NCBI GenBank assembly: GCA_031367385.1
Contig: JANLPS010000101.1
Coordinates: forward strand, 1 to 28,389
Length of the DNA stretch: 28,389 nt
Direction of reading: 5' to 3'
Source of the DNA: Archangium sp.
Lineage (GTDB): Bacteria; Myxococcota; Myxococcia; Myxococcales; Myxococcaceae
How positions within the stretch are numbered: the first letter of the stretch is position 1; every line of letters starts with the position of its first letter. The notes beneath the pieces were generated by a model, which was given only the letters and a program-made list of their open reading frames with translations, searched no databases and had not been told where the DNA came from. Of the stretch, positions 12,308 through 21,734 are shown in pieces. The position numbers were made by a program, and so were the translations under genes.

Positions 12308-12315
<8 letters not shown>
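11677..12315 (+). CDS. DUF47 (PhoU-like) phosphate transport accessory protein
   Basis: LEHQAD, TFVTPLDREDLH..LDDIID, EKEADTIYR; overlaps the pit gene start. Confidence 0.92.
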
Positions 12316-13339
<1,024 letters not shown>

Positions 13340-13349
13340 CGTCGTGCGC

Positions 13350-13694
13350 TCAGGGGGCCCGCAGCAAGGCCTCGAGCGCGTGCCGCCGTTCACTTCGGCG
13401 GTGCTCGGTGAAGAAGGCGATGACCACCTCGCCGTCGAGCGCGCCTTCGACCCGCACGCCCTCGGCTCGAACCCGCATCACGTCTTTCATCTTTGGGCTG
13501 ATCTTCGAGGCCTCGAAGACGCTGGTCTGGCCCAGGGTGCCCAGGCGAGCCCAGGCCAGGCGCCCGAAAGGGCCGCCCACGTAGAGAATCTTGAACTCGT
13601 CTCGGCAGCTGCGGCGCACCTCGGCTTCGATGGCATCGCCGACGCGATACTTGAAGCCGACCAGGCCCTGCCGCCTCTGGCTCGGTGAAATCAC
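13350..13694 (-). CDS. Hypothetical protein (about 114 aa) coupled to the V4R gene
   Basis: GTG at 13694 overlaps the V4R stop (GTGA) and the ORF fills the gap to the pit stop. No family recognised. Confidence 0.5.
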   Translation of the reverse strand: MISPSQRRQGLVGFKYRVGDAIEAEVRRSCRDEFKILYVGGPFGRLAWARLGTLGQTSVFEASKISPKMKDVMRVRAEGVRVEGALDGEVVIAFFTEHRRSERRHALEALLRAP

Positions 13695-14896
13695 AGCCGT
13701 TCGGCGACGAAGCGGCAGGCCTTGGCGCCCATTGAACGGCACTCGGTCTCGCGGGCGACGAAGAAGTGGCCTTCGGTGAAGGTCTTCTCGTACAGCTGAG
13801 GCGTCAGCGCGGGCCGCGACATGATGTTCGCATGGTAGACCAAGTTCATCAGCCCCGAGGTGCCGCCGGTCGCCAGGTGACAACGCGGAGTCGCCGACGT
13901 ACCGAACGCCGCCAGGTACCCGTTCGACTCATAGCTGCCGTCGACCACCAGCTCGAGCCGGCGGCCGGGGTCGAGCGCGGCGACCGACCAGCGGCCCCAG
14001 CCCAGCGCGTTGACCACCGAGACCATGCCGTAGACCCAGTCTTCGGTGGTCTTGCACATCGGCTTGATCAACCCCTCCCACTCGGCGCTCTCCATGATGC
14101 CGCCGAAGGTGTGAAAGGCGCAGACCTGGCCCGCCTCGGTGAGCAGCATGCGCGCGGCGGCGGTGGCGGCTTCACCTGCGACCGAGGCCATCTGTTGATC
14201 GAACCGGTAGCTGATCAGGTTGTAGTAATTCGAGTAGTGGCGGGTCAGCGAGACGCCGAACGCGTCGATCTTGCCCTCAATGGTGCCGGCGAGCGGCAGC
14301 CCCGCGCACGCGGTGATGATCGCGCCCTCATCGACTGAGGTTCGGGTCGCGAAGGCGGGTCGCTCGACGAAGGGGGTGAGCGTGCCCATGCCCACCGATG
14401 GGGGCAGCGTGGCCCGGCCTCCCGGCTTCACCTCGAAGGTGCAGGCGTTCGCCCCGCTCGCCACGCAGGCGGTCTCTTTGACCTGAAACGCAGCGCCGAA
14501 TTTTTGTCTGGCGGCGGCCTCGACGAACCCGGCCACGAAGTAGCAGACCGGCTCGCTGGCCTTGCCGAACTTCGAGAGCCAACCCAGCGCGTAGTGACTG
14601 CCCTTCACCGTCGCGTTGCCTCCCTGGGCGGTGAGGGCCTTGGCGTCGAGCACGCCGAAGCCCAGCTGCCCAAACAAGACTTCGGCGGTGTCTGTAGTGG
14701 CCTTGAGCGCGCTCAGCTCGGTGTACACGACCTCTGCCGCCGCGTCAGTCAGCAGCCGCTTCGCGTCGAGCAACGCCGATTGGTCGACGATGCTCTTCTG
14801 CAAGAAGCAATTGTAGTGGTGACAGTGAAAGACGTGAGGCTCGCCCGCGATGGAGGCGACGAAGCGATCGGGGTGGGTGTCAACGCGAATGCTCAT
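13691..14896 (-). CDS. Tandem V4R (4-vinyl reductase)-domain protein
   Basis: Two copies of the V4R pattern: LGFG...PVCYFVAG...ETACVASGANACTF and LGWG...PRCHLATG...ETECRSMGAKACRF. N-terminal HCHHYNC. Confidence 0.82.
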   Translation of the reverse strand: MSIRVDTHPDRFVASIAGEPHVFHCHHYNCFLQKSIVDQSALLDAKRLLTDAAAEVVYTELSALKATTDTAEVLFGQLGFGVLDAKALTAQGGNATVKGSHYALGWLSKFGKASEPVCYFVAGFVEAAARQKFGAAFQVKETACVASGANACTFEVKPGGRATLPPSVGMGTLTPFVERPAFATRTSVDEGAIITACAGLPLAGTIEGKIDAFGVSLTRHYSNYYNLISYRFDQQMASVAGEAATAAARMLLTEAGQVCAFHTFGGIMESAEWEGLIKPMCKTTEDWVYGMVSVVNALGWGRWSVAALDPGRRLELVVDGSYESNGYLAAFGTSATPRCHLATGGTSGLMNLVYHANIMSRPALTPQLYEKTFTEGHFFVARETECRSMGAKACRFVAERL

Positions 14897-15312
14897 GGGT
14901 GAGTCTCCAGGGTCTTGGCACTGCGAATGAACAGGGGAAAAACGGCGCGCTCTTCAGTGCTGAAGCGCTGGCGAATCACCGTCACGACGGTTTGAAATGA
15001 CGAGAGCAGGTTGGCTGCCGGAGCGGTCTCGAGCGTCTCGAAGAACCGCTGCACCGCCGCCGACTGAACGTGCATGTTCGATTCGAAGATGTGGGTCAGG
15101 TGCGCGCCCGCGGCGTCACCGGCTTTGGTGCACTGCGCGGCCAGCGCCGGGTAGAAGTCGTCTTTGGCCTTGAAGTGCTGCAGCACTTCGAGGCGCACGG
15201 TTTTCAGGTGGGCGATGAGCGCTGCCGGGTTCTGCGCCAGCGTCTCGCCAGTGGTGAGCGCCGTCTCGATACGACCATGAGAGCGCTTGAATTCGTCTAT
15301 CGATGCCGCCAT
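14893..15312 (-). CDS. Hemerythrin/HHE-like four-helix protein (degenerate ligands)
   Basis: SHGRI, HFKAKDDFYPAL and RFSTEERAVFP match the HHE repeat spacing. ATGA overlap with the V4R gene. Confidence 0.65.
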   Translation of the reverse strand: MAASIDEFKRSHGRIETALTTGETLAQNPAALIAHLKTVRLEVLQHFKAKDDFYPALAAQCTKAGDAAGAHLTHIFESNMHVQSAAVQRFFETLETAPAANLLSSFQTVVTVIRQRFSTEERAVFPLFIRSAKTLETHP

Positions 15313-15357
15313 TGAAACGCACGATCGCCAACGCAGGCTCTGCCCGCAAGGTGTGAA

Positions 15358-15696
15358 TCAACCGACACCCGTCGCCACGCTCCCACCAGCCGCGAGCGCG
15401 AAGGTGAGCGCCATCGCCAGCAGCACGATGACCGCGGCGGCGGCGAAGGCGGCGGGGCGCTCCCACCAGTGCCAGGGCCTGGGCGCGAGCTCGGTGATGA
15501 CGGCCGCTCGCAACCGGTCGCGTGACGCCGCTGAGGGCCGCTCGGCCGGCGAGCCCAGCTCGATGTCTCGCTTGAGCGCGATGAACGCCTCGAGGCAGCT
15601 GACGCAGCCGGTCAAGTGCCGTTCGAGCGCAGTGCGCGCCTTGCCTTCGACTTCGCCAAAGTGAAACGAGATCAAATCGACGTCGGCGCAGTTCAT
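15358..15696 (-). CDS. Zinc-binding anti-sigma factor (zf-HC2/ZAS) with one TM helix
   Basis: HLTGCVSC = HxxxCxxC, C-terminal TM, ATGA overlap with the ECF gene. Confidence 0.85.
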   Translation of the reverse strand: MNCADVDLISFHFGEVEGKARTALERHLTGCVSCLEAFIALKRDIELGSPAERPSAASRDRLRAAVITELAPRPWHWWERPAAFAAAAVIVLLAMALTFALAAGGSVATGVG

Positions 15697-16193
15697 TTCA
15701 TCTCCTGACGGAGCCGGCTCAGCAGCTCGTGCATGCGTGACTTCACCGTGCCCAGCGGCACCTCGAGCACCTGCGCCAGCTCCTGGTACGACAGCCCGTT
15801 GGCGCGCAGCTGGTAGAGCTGGCCCAGCGCGGTCGGCAGCGCGGCGACGGCCCTGCTCAACGCGCCCGCCTGCTCATGCTTCTCGAGCTCCACCGAGGCC
15901 TCGAGCGCCGCTTCAGGCGCCGGTGGCACCACTGCCCGGCGCAGCGCCCTGGCCCGATTCAGACACCCGTGGTGGGCGGCGCGGTAGAGCCAGGCCCGAA
16001 CGCTGACGAAGCGCTCCTGGCTCTTGAGCGCGGCGATGAAGGTCTCGTGCAACACGTCTTCGGCTTCGGCGCGGTCGCTCAGCGAGCGCCTGATGAAGGC
16101 GAACAGCGGGCGCTCATAGCGGGCGTAGAGCTGATCGAAGGCGGCGATCTCGCCCCTTCGCCATCGCTCGAAGAGGGCCTCGTCTGAGCTCAC
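15693..16193 (-). CDS. ECF-type RNA polymerase sigma factor
   Basis: AFDQLYARY, AEDVLHETF and WLYR (region 2); GLSYQELAQVLEVPLGTVKSRMH (region 4). GTG start at 16193 overlaps the upstream stop. Confidence 0.92.
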   Translation of the reverse strand: MSSDEALFERWRRGEIAAFDQLYARYERPLFAFIRRSLSDRAEAEDVLHETFIAALKSQERFVSVRAWLYRAAHHGCLNRARALRRAVVPPAPEAALEASVELEKHEQAGALSRAVAALPTALGQLYQLRANGLSYQELAQVLEVPLGTVKSRMHELLSRLRQEMK

Positions 16194-16540
16194 GAAGTGG
16201 TCGGGCTCCGGCGCAGCAGCCCCAGGGTGGCGACCAGCGTGCTCGGTATGAAGAGCAACAGCGAGAGCGCCAGCACGTGAACCGATTCGCCGATGCCCGC
16301 CATCGCGGTGACCAGCTGCTCGGCCGCCGGCACGGTCTGCAGAAAGTGCGCGGTGCTCATGATGCCCATCGAGGTGCCCAGCGCCCCGGCGCCGAGGGTC
16401 AGCGCACCCAGACCTCCAAGGCGCGGGTGCCATTGCGGGCCCGGGCGCATCACGCTCAACACCGAGGTCGCGAAGAAGAAGAAGCCGAACAGCAGCACCG
16501 GCCACATGCCCCAGCCGCCCTCCATGAAGAAGTCGATCAT
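16190..16540 (-). CDS. Short 3-TM MotA/TolQ/ExbB-like membrane protein
   Basis: FFMEGGWGMWPVL start, GALGT.MGI, MAGIGES resemble ExbB TM1-TM3 without the cytoplasmic loop. Confidence 0.65.
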   Translation of the reverse strand: MIDFFMEGGWGMWPVLLFGFFFFATSVLSVMRPGPQWHPRLGGLGALTLGAGALGTSMGIMSTAHFLQTVPAAEQLVTAMAGIGESVHVLALSLLLFIPSTLVATLGLLRRSPTTS

Positions 16541-16546
16541 GCCAGG

Positions 16547-16572
16547 GAGGAACCGCTGGGCTGAAAAGGTTC
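16547..16572 (-). promoter_or_regulatory. Candidate ECF sigma promoter, probably leaderless
   Basis: Minus strand GAACC-N17-CCTC, 6 nt before ATG 16540, preceded by an A-tract, with no SD sequence. Confidence 0.5.
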
Positions 16573-16582
16573 GCTTTTTTCT

Positions 16583-16981
16583 TTAAGGGCGAAGCTGCTT
16601 GGCGAGCGTCAACGTCGAGGCGGCGACCTTCACCGTCTCTTCGACCGTGGGCGCCCAGGCGGCGGCGGCCAACAGCCCGTCTTTCGTGGTCAGCACCAAG
16701 CCCTGCGGCCGCATCGTCGCGTTGACGATTTCGTCGCCCGAGAGCAGCTCGAACTCGCCCTTCGACACTTCGGCGACCTCGAGCGCCCCGAAGGCCTTCT
16801 TCAGCGCATCGATGACCTTCGCCGCGCGCGCTTCGTCGCCGACCTCGACCGCCTGGAGCACCTCAAGGCCCAGCACGAACAGGCCCTTGGCGCCATCGAC
16901 CGCCTCGGCGGTGCCGCCCCAGGTCTCCTCGAGTTGCCGGGCCTCGGGCCCTTGCACGTGCACGAATACGGTCGCGGTCAT
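16583..16981 (-). CDS. Hypothetical protein (132 aa)
   Basis: ATG 16981 lies 5 nt after the stop of the 963-aa ORF; globular alpha/beta-like composition. Confidence 0.65.
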   Translation of the reverse strand: MTATVFVHVQGPEARQLEETWGGTAEAVDGAKGLFVLGLEVLQAVEVGDEARAAKVIDALKKAFGALEVAEVSKGEFELLSGDEIVNATMRPQGLVLTTKDGLLAAAAWAPTVEETVKVAASTLTLAKQLRP

Positions 16982-16986
16982 AAGGC

Positions 16987-19878
16987 TTAGAGCCAGTTCT
17001 CGACCGGCACCAACCGGCCATTCTCGCCCACCGCGCGCTCGATGGTCACCGAGCGATCTCCGCTGGTGGCTGAGCGCAGGTACGCCGAGGCCGCGCGGGT
17101 CTTGGCCCACTCGGTCAGCAAGGGCAGCACCGAGCTTGGGCCTTCGATGGTGACCTTGTTGGCGCCTTCGGGCCTGATGCGAATCGAGAGGCGGCCTTCG
17201 CGGTCGCGGACGTTGAGCCGGCCCAAGATCGCGTTCAGCTCGGTCTGGTGGGCGTAGGGGTTTCGATCGAGCGCGCTGCGCAGCCGGGTGTCGTTGCGAG
17301 CCAGCTCAACCGTGGTCTCGTCGCGCAGCCGGGTCAGCGAGCCGACGGAGAGCTTCTCTTCTTCGGCGAGCGCGGTGAGCGCCGCGTCGGCCTTCTTGAG
17401 CGCTGCCGCACGAGCATCGGGGGTGCCGAACGTGCCTTCTTTGAGCTGCGAGGCGACCAGCTGCGCCAACGCCTCGGCGCCGACTTCGTTGTTGGGCCGG
17501 TTCAAGAAAATCGACACCTTGTTCGCGCCGACGTTGGTGGTGTTGTTGCTCACCACCCCTGACGCGGGGCCGAACAAGAACACATTGTGGCCAGTCAGCT
17601 TCTTGCCGACGATGGTCGCGTTGCCGTCTCGGTCGACCACCTCGACCAGCTCGTGCAAGGCGGGGTTGTTGAACGGGTCTTTGTCGCCATTGGTCAGCGC
17701 GCTGACCACCTTCGCCACGTCGTTCACGTTGCCGCGCGCGTCGAGCACGTGGTCGACCAGGGTGAGCTCGTTCTTGCCATTGATAAGCATCGCTCGCTCG
17801 GGCTGACCGGCGAGGGCCTTGGTGGGCCCAGAATCGACGATGCGCTCGGGGAGAATCTCGATCTGACCCTTCTCGATGGGAATGACGAGTTGGTTGTAGC
17901 GAGGGCGAACCGCGTTGCGCTCTTCGAGAAACACGCCGAAAGCGGCCTGTTTCTGCTCGGCGCTCAGCCTCGAGTCGGCCAGCAGCTCGTCGAAGTACGC
18001 CTTGGGCTTCTGCGTCGTGAGCAGCTGCGAGAATTCGTTCAAGTACGCGCGAACGCCCTCTTCAGGCGTGGTGTTCTGCTCCGCCAGACGAACTTTCGTT
18101 TTGAACAAGGTGAACAGGTCGGGGCCCCCCACCTTGGCGAGAGCCTTGTTGAAGCCTTGAAAGCCCTTGAAGAGATCGCCGGTGTAGAACTCGGCGCAGT
18201 CGGTGGGGCCTGATTCGCCGACGTACCAGAGCAATTTGGGCACCACATTGAGCTGGCGCGGCGAACGGGCGTCGGGGCCGAAACCCGTAATCGCCTCGAG
18301 CGCGGTACGGCCGGAGTCACCCAACCCGATCACAGCGACGACCTTCTGCGCCTTGGTGCTCGCGGGCACGAAGGCCGGGTCGACCTTCGCCTTGTACAGC
18401 GCTCGCGCACGGTACGCGTCAGAGGCGGCATTGACCTGCGCGTCTAACTGAGAGCGCCGCAGCTGGAAGGCGACCACCTGACCCGAGCCGAACTCACGCT
18501 GAGGCCGGGTGACGATTTTGCCGTTGAGCTCGTACTCGACCTTGTCTTGCGGCTTGAGGGTGAAGACGGCGTCGCCCAGCGTGACCTGGCGCGCCGCCAC
18601 CGGGAGTTGACCGGTCGGCAGCGTGCCCTTCAGGTCTTTGGCGGTCAGCGCAGTCGCGAAGAGACTCAGCGGGTCATTGAGCTCTTCGCGCACACGAAAA
18701 AAGTCGAGCGTGCTCGACCACAGCGGGTACTCGCGAAGCAGCTTCGAGTCGCCGTTCTTCGCGGTCGCGAGCGCCTTGGTGAGCTGGGTGAACTGCGAGT
18801 TGACGAACTCCGTGCCCTCAGCACTCCCGAGCGGCTTGGGCCCATCGCCCAGGCCCGCGGCCAACGCGACCACCCTGGTCGGCACCGATGACTTGGAGCC
18901 GGTCTTGAGTTGGTAGCCATCTTGGATGTTGCCGGTGATCGCCGACACGTTCTCAGTCAGCACCGGCAGGCCGCTGGAGTGCAGCGTCATCTTCGACATC
19001 AGGTCGATCTTGTTCGCCGCGGCGTAGTAGTCGCCCGACAAGTCGGCGTCGTACACCACCGGGCTCAGGTTATTGAGCGGGCCGCCGGGCCCCAGCTTCA
19101 CGCCAGTCTCGGCGCGGTTGGGTGAGTTCAAGTACCACTGACCACCGGCTGAGAAGGTGGTTTCTCCTCCGACGACCGCGGCATTCGCATCGGCGGGCAG
19201 CGCGTTCGAGAGGCCGCGCGCGAGCACCGCGCCGGTGGGGCCTTGGCCGATAATGGTGATGTCGGGCGAGACGCCGGCGTCGATCGACGAGCGCAAGAGG
19301 TTGCCGTCACGAGCCAGGTCTTTCTTCATCGCTTCAGACAGCCCATACGCGAGGTCGTTCGAGCCAAAAAACGGCAGCAGGGCCGTGCGCTCGAAGGCGC
19401 CGCGCACGTCGGTGACGTTCTCGAGCAGCACGTTGTTCGTCGGCGAGTCGATGTAGCGCGACATGTTCGAGAGCGCCTTGTCGAGCGCCAGCGGGTTCTC
19501 GAGCACGGTGCGCACGAAGGCCGCCGTGTTGGGCTTGTCTTCGCGCAGCAGCAGCGTGTTGAGCATGCCGTTGGCGGTGCGCGCATCGACGGTGCCGACG
19601 CCAGAGGTTTTCAGCAGCGCTTGGTATCGGCTGACGAAGTTCGGAGCGAAGTCATACCGGTTGTCGACGACGCTGATCGACGCAAGGCTCTTCGCGCCAG
19701 AGACGAGCGTGCCCTTTTCGCCGGCCCTCTCGAGGCTGAGCGGAGGCGCCGGGTTGGTGAGAAACCCGTCTTCAGGAACCCCGAGCGTTCGCTTCGCGCG
19801 TTCGAGCGAAGGTGCCTTCGGCGTAATGCGAGCCAACGCTTCTTGAATCGTTCGTCCGGTCAGGCCGATCAGTCGCAC
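16987..19878 (-). CDS. Large two-dinucleotide-binding-domain flavoprotein-like protein
   Basis: ITIIGQGPTG (FAD Rossmann), VALAAGLG, VAVIGLGDSG (NAD(P) Rossmann), VDHVLDARG, NVFLFGPA. AAGGA RBS before the GTG. Confidence 0.7.
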   Translation of the reverse strand: MRLIGLTGRTIQEALARITPKAPSLERAKRTLGVPEDGFLTNPAPPLSLERAGEKGTLVSGAKSLASISVVDNRYDFAPNFVSRYQALLKTSGVGTVDARTANGMLNTLLLREDKPNTAAFVRTVLENPLALDKALSNMSRYIDSPTNNVLLENVTDVRGAFERTALLPFFGSNDLAYGLSEAMKKDLARDGNLLRSSIDAGVSPDITIIGQGPTGAVLARGLSNALPADANAAVVGGETTFSAGGQWYLNSPNRAETGVKLGPGGPLNNLSPVVYDADLSGDYYAAANKIDLMSKMTLHSSGLPVLTENVSAITGNIQDGYQLKTGSKSSVPTRVVALAAGLGDGPKPLGSAEGTEFVNSQFTQLTKALATAKNGDSKLLREYPLWSSTLDFFRVREELNDPLSLFATALTAKDLKGTLPTGQLPVAARQVTLGDAVFTLKPQDKVEYELNGKIVTRPQREFGSGQVVAFQLRRSQLDAQVNAASDAYRARALYKAKVDPAFVPASTKAQKVVAVIGLGDSGRTALEAITGFGPDARSPRQLNVVPKLLWYVGESGPTDCAEFYTGDLFKGFQGFNKALAKVGGPDLFTLFKTKVRLAEQNTTPEEGVRAYLNEFSQLLTTQKPKAYFDELLADSRLSAEQKQAAFGVFLEERNAVRPRYNQLVIPIEKGQIEILPERIVDSGPTKALAGQPERAMLINGKNELTLVDHVLDARGNVNDVAKVVSALTNGDKDPFNNPALHELVEVVDRDGNATIVGKKLTGHNVFLFGPASGVVSNNTTNVGANKVSIFLNRPNNEVGAEALAQLVASQLKEGTFGTPDARAAALKKADAALTALAEEEKLSVGSLTRLRDETTVELARNDTRLRSALDRNPYAHQTELNAILGRLNVRDREGRLSIRIRPEGANKVTIEGPSSVLPLLTEWAKTRAASAYLRSATSGDRSVTIERAVGENGRLVPVENWL

Positions 19879-19904
19879 AGGGGCAGTCCTTTTTGAGGTG
19901 AGGC

Positions 19905-19920
19905 GTCACGTTGTTTGCCA
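19905..19920 (-). promoter_or_regulatory. Possible sigma-54 promoter (variant -12)
   Basis: Minus strand TGGCAAACAACGTGAC: canonical TGGCA -24 with GA in place of GC at -12. A dyad ATTTTCT-N9-AGAAAAT lies upstream at 19969-19991. Confidence 0.35.
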
Positions 19921-20041
19921 TGCCCGAGCCTCGCGAGACAAGGCGGTAACCGCGCAGAACATGACATCATTTTCTGAGCTTCTGAGAAAATATCGCCTGT
20001 GTGAGCGAGCCGAGCGGGCGAAACCGCGTGGTTCCCTCGCC

Positions 20042-20830
20042 TTAGTCGAAGATCTGCCCGCCGATGAGTGAAAGGCCGCCATCGACGGTGTGCACGCCGC
20101 CGGTGACGTACCGCGCCGCCGGAGACGCGAGAAAGATCGCGAGCTGCGCGACCTCGTCTTTGGTGCCGTACCGACCCAGCGGCAAACGGCCTTCGATCTT
20201 CTTTCGCATCTGTGGGTCGGCGGCCAGACGCTCCATGCCTTCGGTGCCCTCGATCGGCCCGGGCCAAATCGACATCACCCGCACGCCGAGGCTGCCCCAC
20301 TCCAGGGCCAGGGTCTTCATCAGCATGTCGACGCCGGCCTTGGCGGCGCACACATGCGATTGCATCGGGTAGGCGACGCCGGCCTGAGCCGCCGAGATGG
20401 CGATCACCGCGGCCCCGGGTTTGGTCAAATGCTCGAAAGCCGCGCGGCACGCGTTGAAGGTGCCGAGCACGTCGATCTCGAGCACCGCCTTGAAGCCGTT
20501 CGATGACAGCGCCGCCGCCGGGGCGGGGAAGTTGCCAGCCGCTCCGCAGATCAACACGTCGATGGGCCCGTGGGCTTTGACCGAACTGGTGATCGATGCC
20601 TCGACGGCTGCAAAGTCGCGCACATCAGCAGACCATGAAGCCGCGGTGATGCCCTTGGCGCCCATGGCGGCAACCGCGGCGTCGAGCTTCTCTTGCTTGC
20701 GGGCGACGATTGAAATCTTCGCGCCGAGCTCGCCGAACGCCGTGGCGATCTGCAGGTTGATGCCGCTCGAGCCTCCGGTGACGAAATCGTGTTTTCCCAC
20801 GTACAGGTCGGGCTTGAAGATCGAGGTCAT
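20042..20830 (-). CDS. SDR oxidoreductase, peroxisomal-type 2,4-dienoyl-CoA reductase-like
   Basis: TGGSSGIN, GAAGNFPAPA, QSHVCAAKAGVD (no catalytic Tyr, as in DECR2-type enzymes), PGPIEGTEG, VDGG. Confidence 0.88.
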   Translation of the reverse strand: MTSIFKPDLYVGKHDFVTGGSSGINLQIATAFGELGAKISIVARKQEKLDAAVAAMGAKGITAASWSADVRDFAAVEASITSSVKAHGPIDVLICGAAGNFPAPAAALSSNGFKAVLEIDVLGTFNACRAAFEHLTKPGAAVIAISAAQAGVAYPMQSHVCAAKAGVDMLMKTLALEWGSLGVRVMSIWPGPIEGTEGMERLAADPQMRKKIEGRLPLGRYGTKDEVAQLAIFLASPAARYVTGGVHTVDGGLSLIGGQIFD

Positions 20831-21720
20831 TGCTTCTCCGGTGCCGCTTGGGTTGAAGGCATGAACCGGGCGAGCGCGACGATGGCCAGCACCAACATGA
20901 CCGTGCAGGGCAGGCTCGCCTCGAGGCCGAACTCGCCCCCGGTCAACCAGCTCTGCACGCCGTCGCTCTGGGTCGGTGTGAAGATGCCCTTGTCTTGAAT
21001 ACCGCTGACCCCGAACCCGAGCACCGGGCCCTGAACCAGGTTCCACACCAGGTGCAAGCCGAAGGGCATCGCGAGGCTGCGGGTTCGCAGGTAGGTCAGG
21101 CCCAGCAAGATCGACCCGCCGAAGATGTTGATGCTCGCGATCACCTTCGCGGTGCCCGCCATGTTCGGGTTGTTCTCATGAATCAACATGAAGAACAGCC
21201 CCATCAGAACCTGCGCGGGCCAGGCGCCGAGGCCATCGATCAAGCGTTGAAACGAGAAGCCGCGAAACAGCAGCTCCTCGGCGATCGCCGAGGGTACGTA
21301 GACCCCGAGCGCCATCAGCCACGCGGCGCCCACCAGCCCCGACGTTGGCGCGAGGTGCACCCACCCGCCAACGACCAGCACCAGGGCGGTCAGGCCCATC
21401 AAGCCGCCTCCGATGGCTGCACCGATGGCGAGCTCTTTGAGCCACCGCGCGTCGAAGCCGCCCCACAGCTCATCGAGTGGCCGACGTCGCAACAGCCGGT
21501 GGCAAATCACCGAAACCCCGATGGTGAGCGCGGCCTGCATCTCTTCGCCGATCGGGTAATGGTACGCGCGCGAGAGAAAGATGACCGGGGTCACGAACGC
21601 CGCGAGCACCAGGTAGAAGATCGCGACCCACCACCCGTTGCGGAGCTTGCGGTTCTGGTCGACGAAGACGTTCACGGGTGGCGTCTTACTTTTTTTTCGA
21701 AACTTTGGCTTCGAGTCCAT
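20827..21720 (-). CDS. CPBP (CAAX/Abi) family intramembrane metalloprotease
   Basis: EELLFRG, FMLIH, HLVWN motifs. The start may instead be the GTG at 21675. Confidence 0.9.
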   Translation of the reverse strand: MDSKPKFRKKSKTPPVNVFVDQNRKLRNGWWVAIFYLVLAAFVTPVIFLSRAYHYPIGEEMQAALTIGVSVICHRLLRRRPLDELWGGFDARWLKELAIGAAIGGGLMGLTALVLVVGGWVHLAPTSGLVGAAWLMALGVYVPSAIAEELLFRGFSFQRLIDGLGAWPAQVLMGLFFMLIHENNPNMAGTAKVIASINIFGGSILLGLTYLRTRSLAMPFGLHLVWNLVQGPVLGFGVSGIQDKGIFTPTQSDGVQSWLTGGEFGLEASLPCTVMLVLAIVALARFMPSTQAAPEKQ

Positions 21721-21734
21721 GTCAGGGTTCGCCC

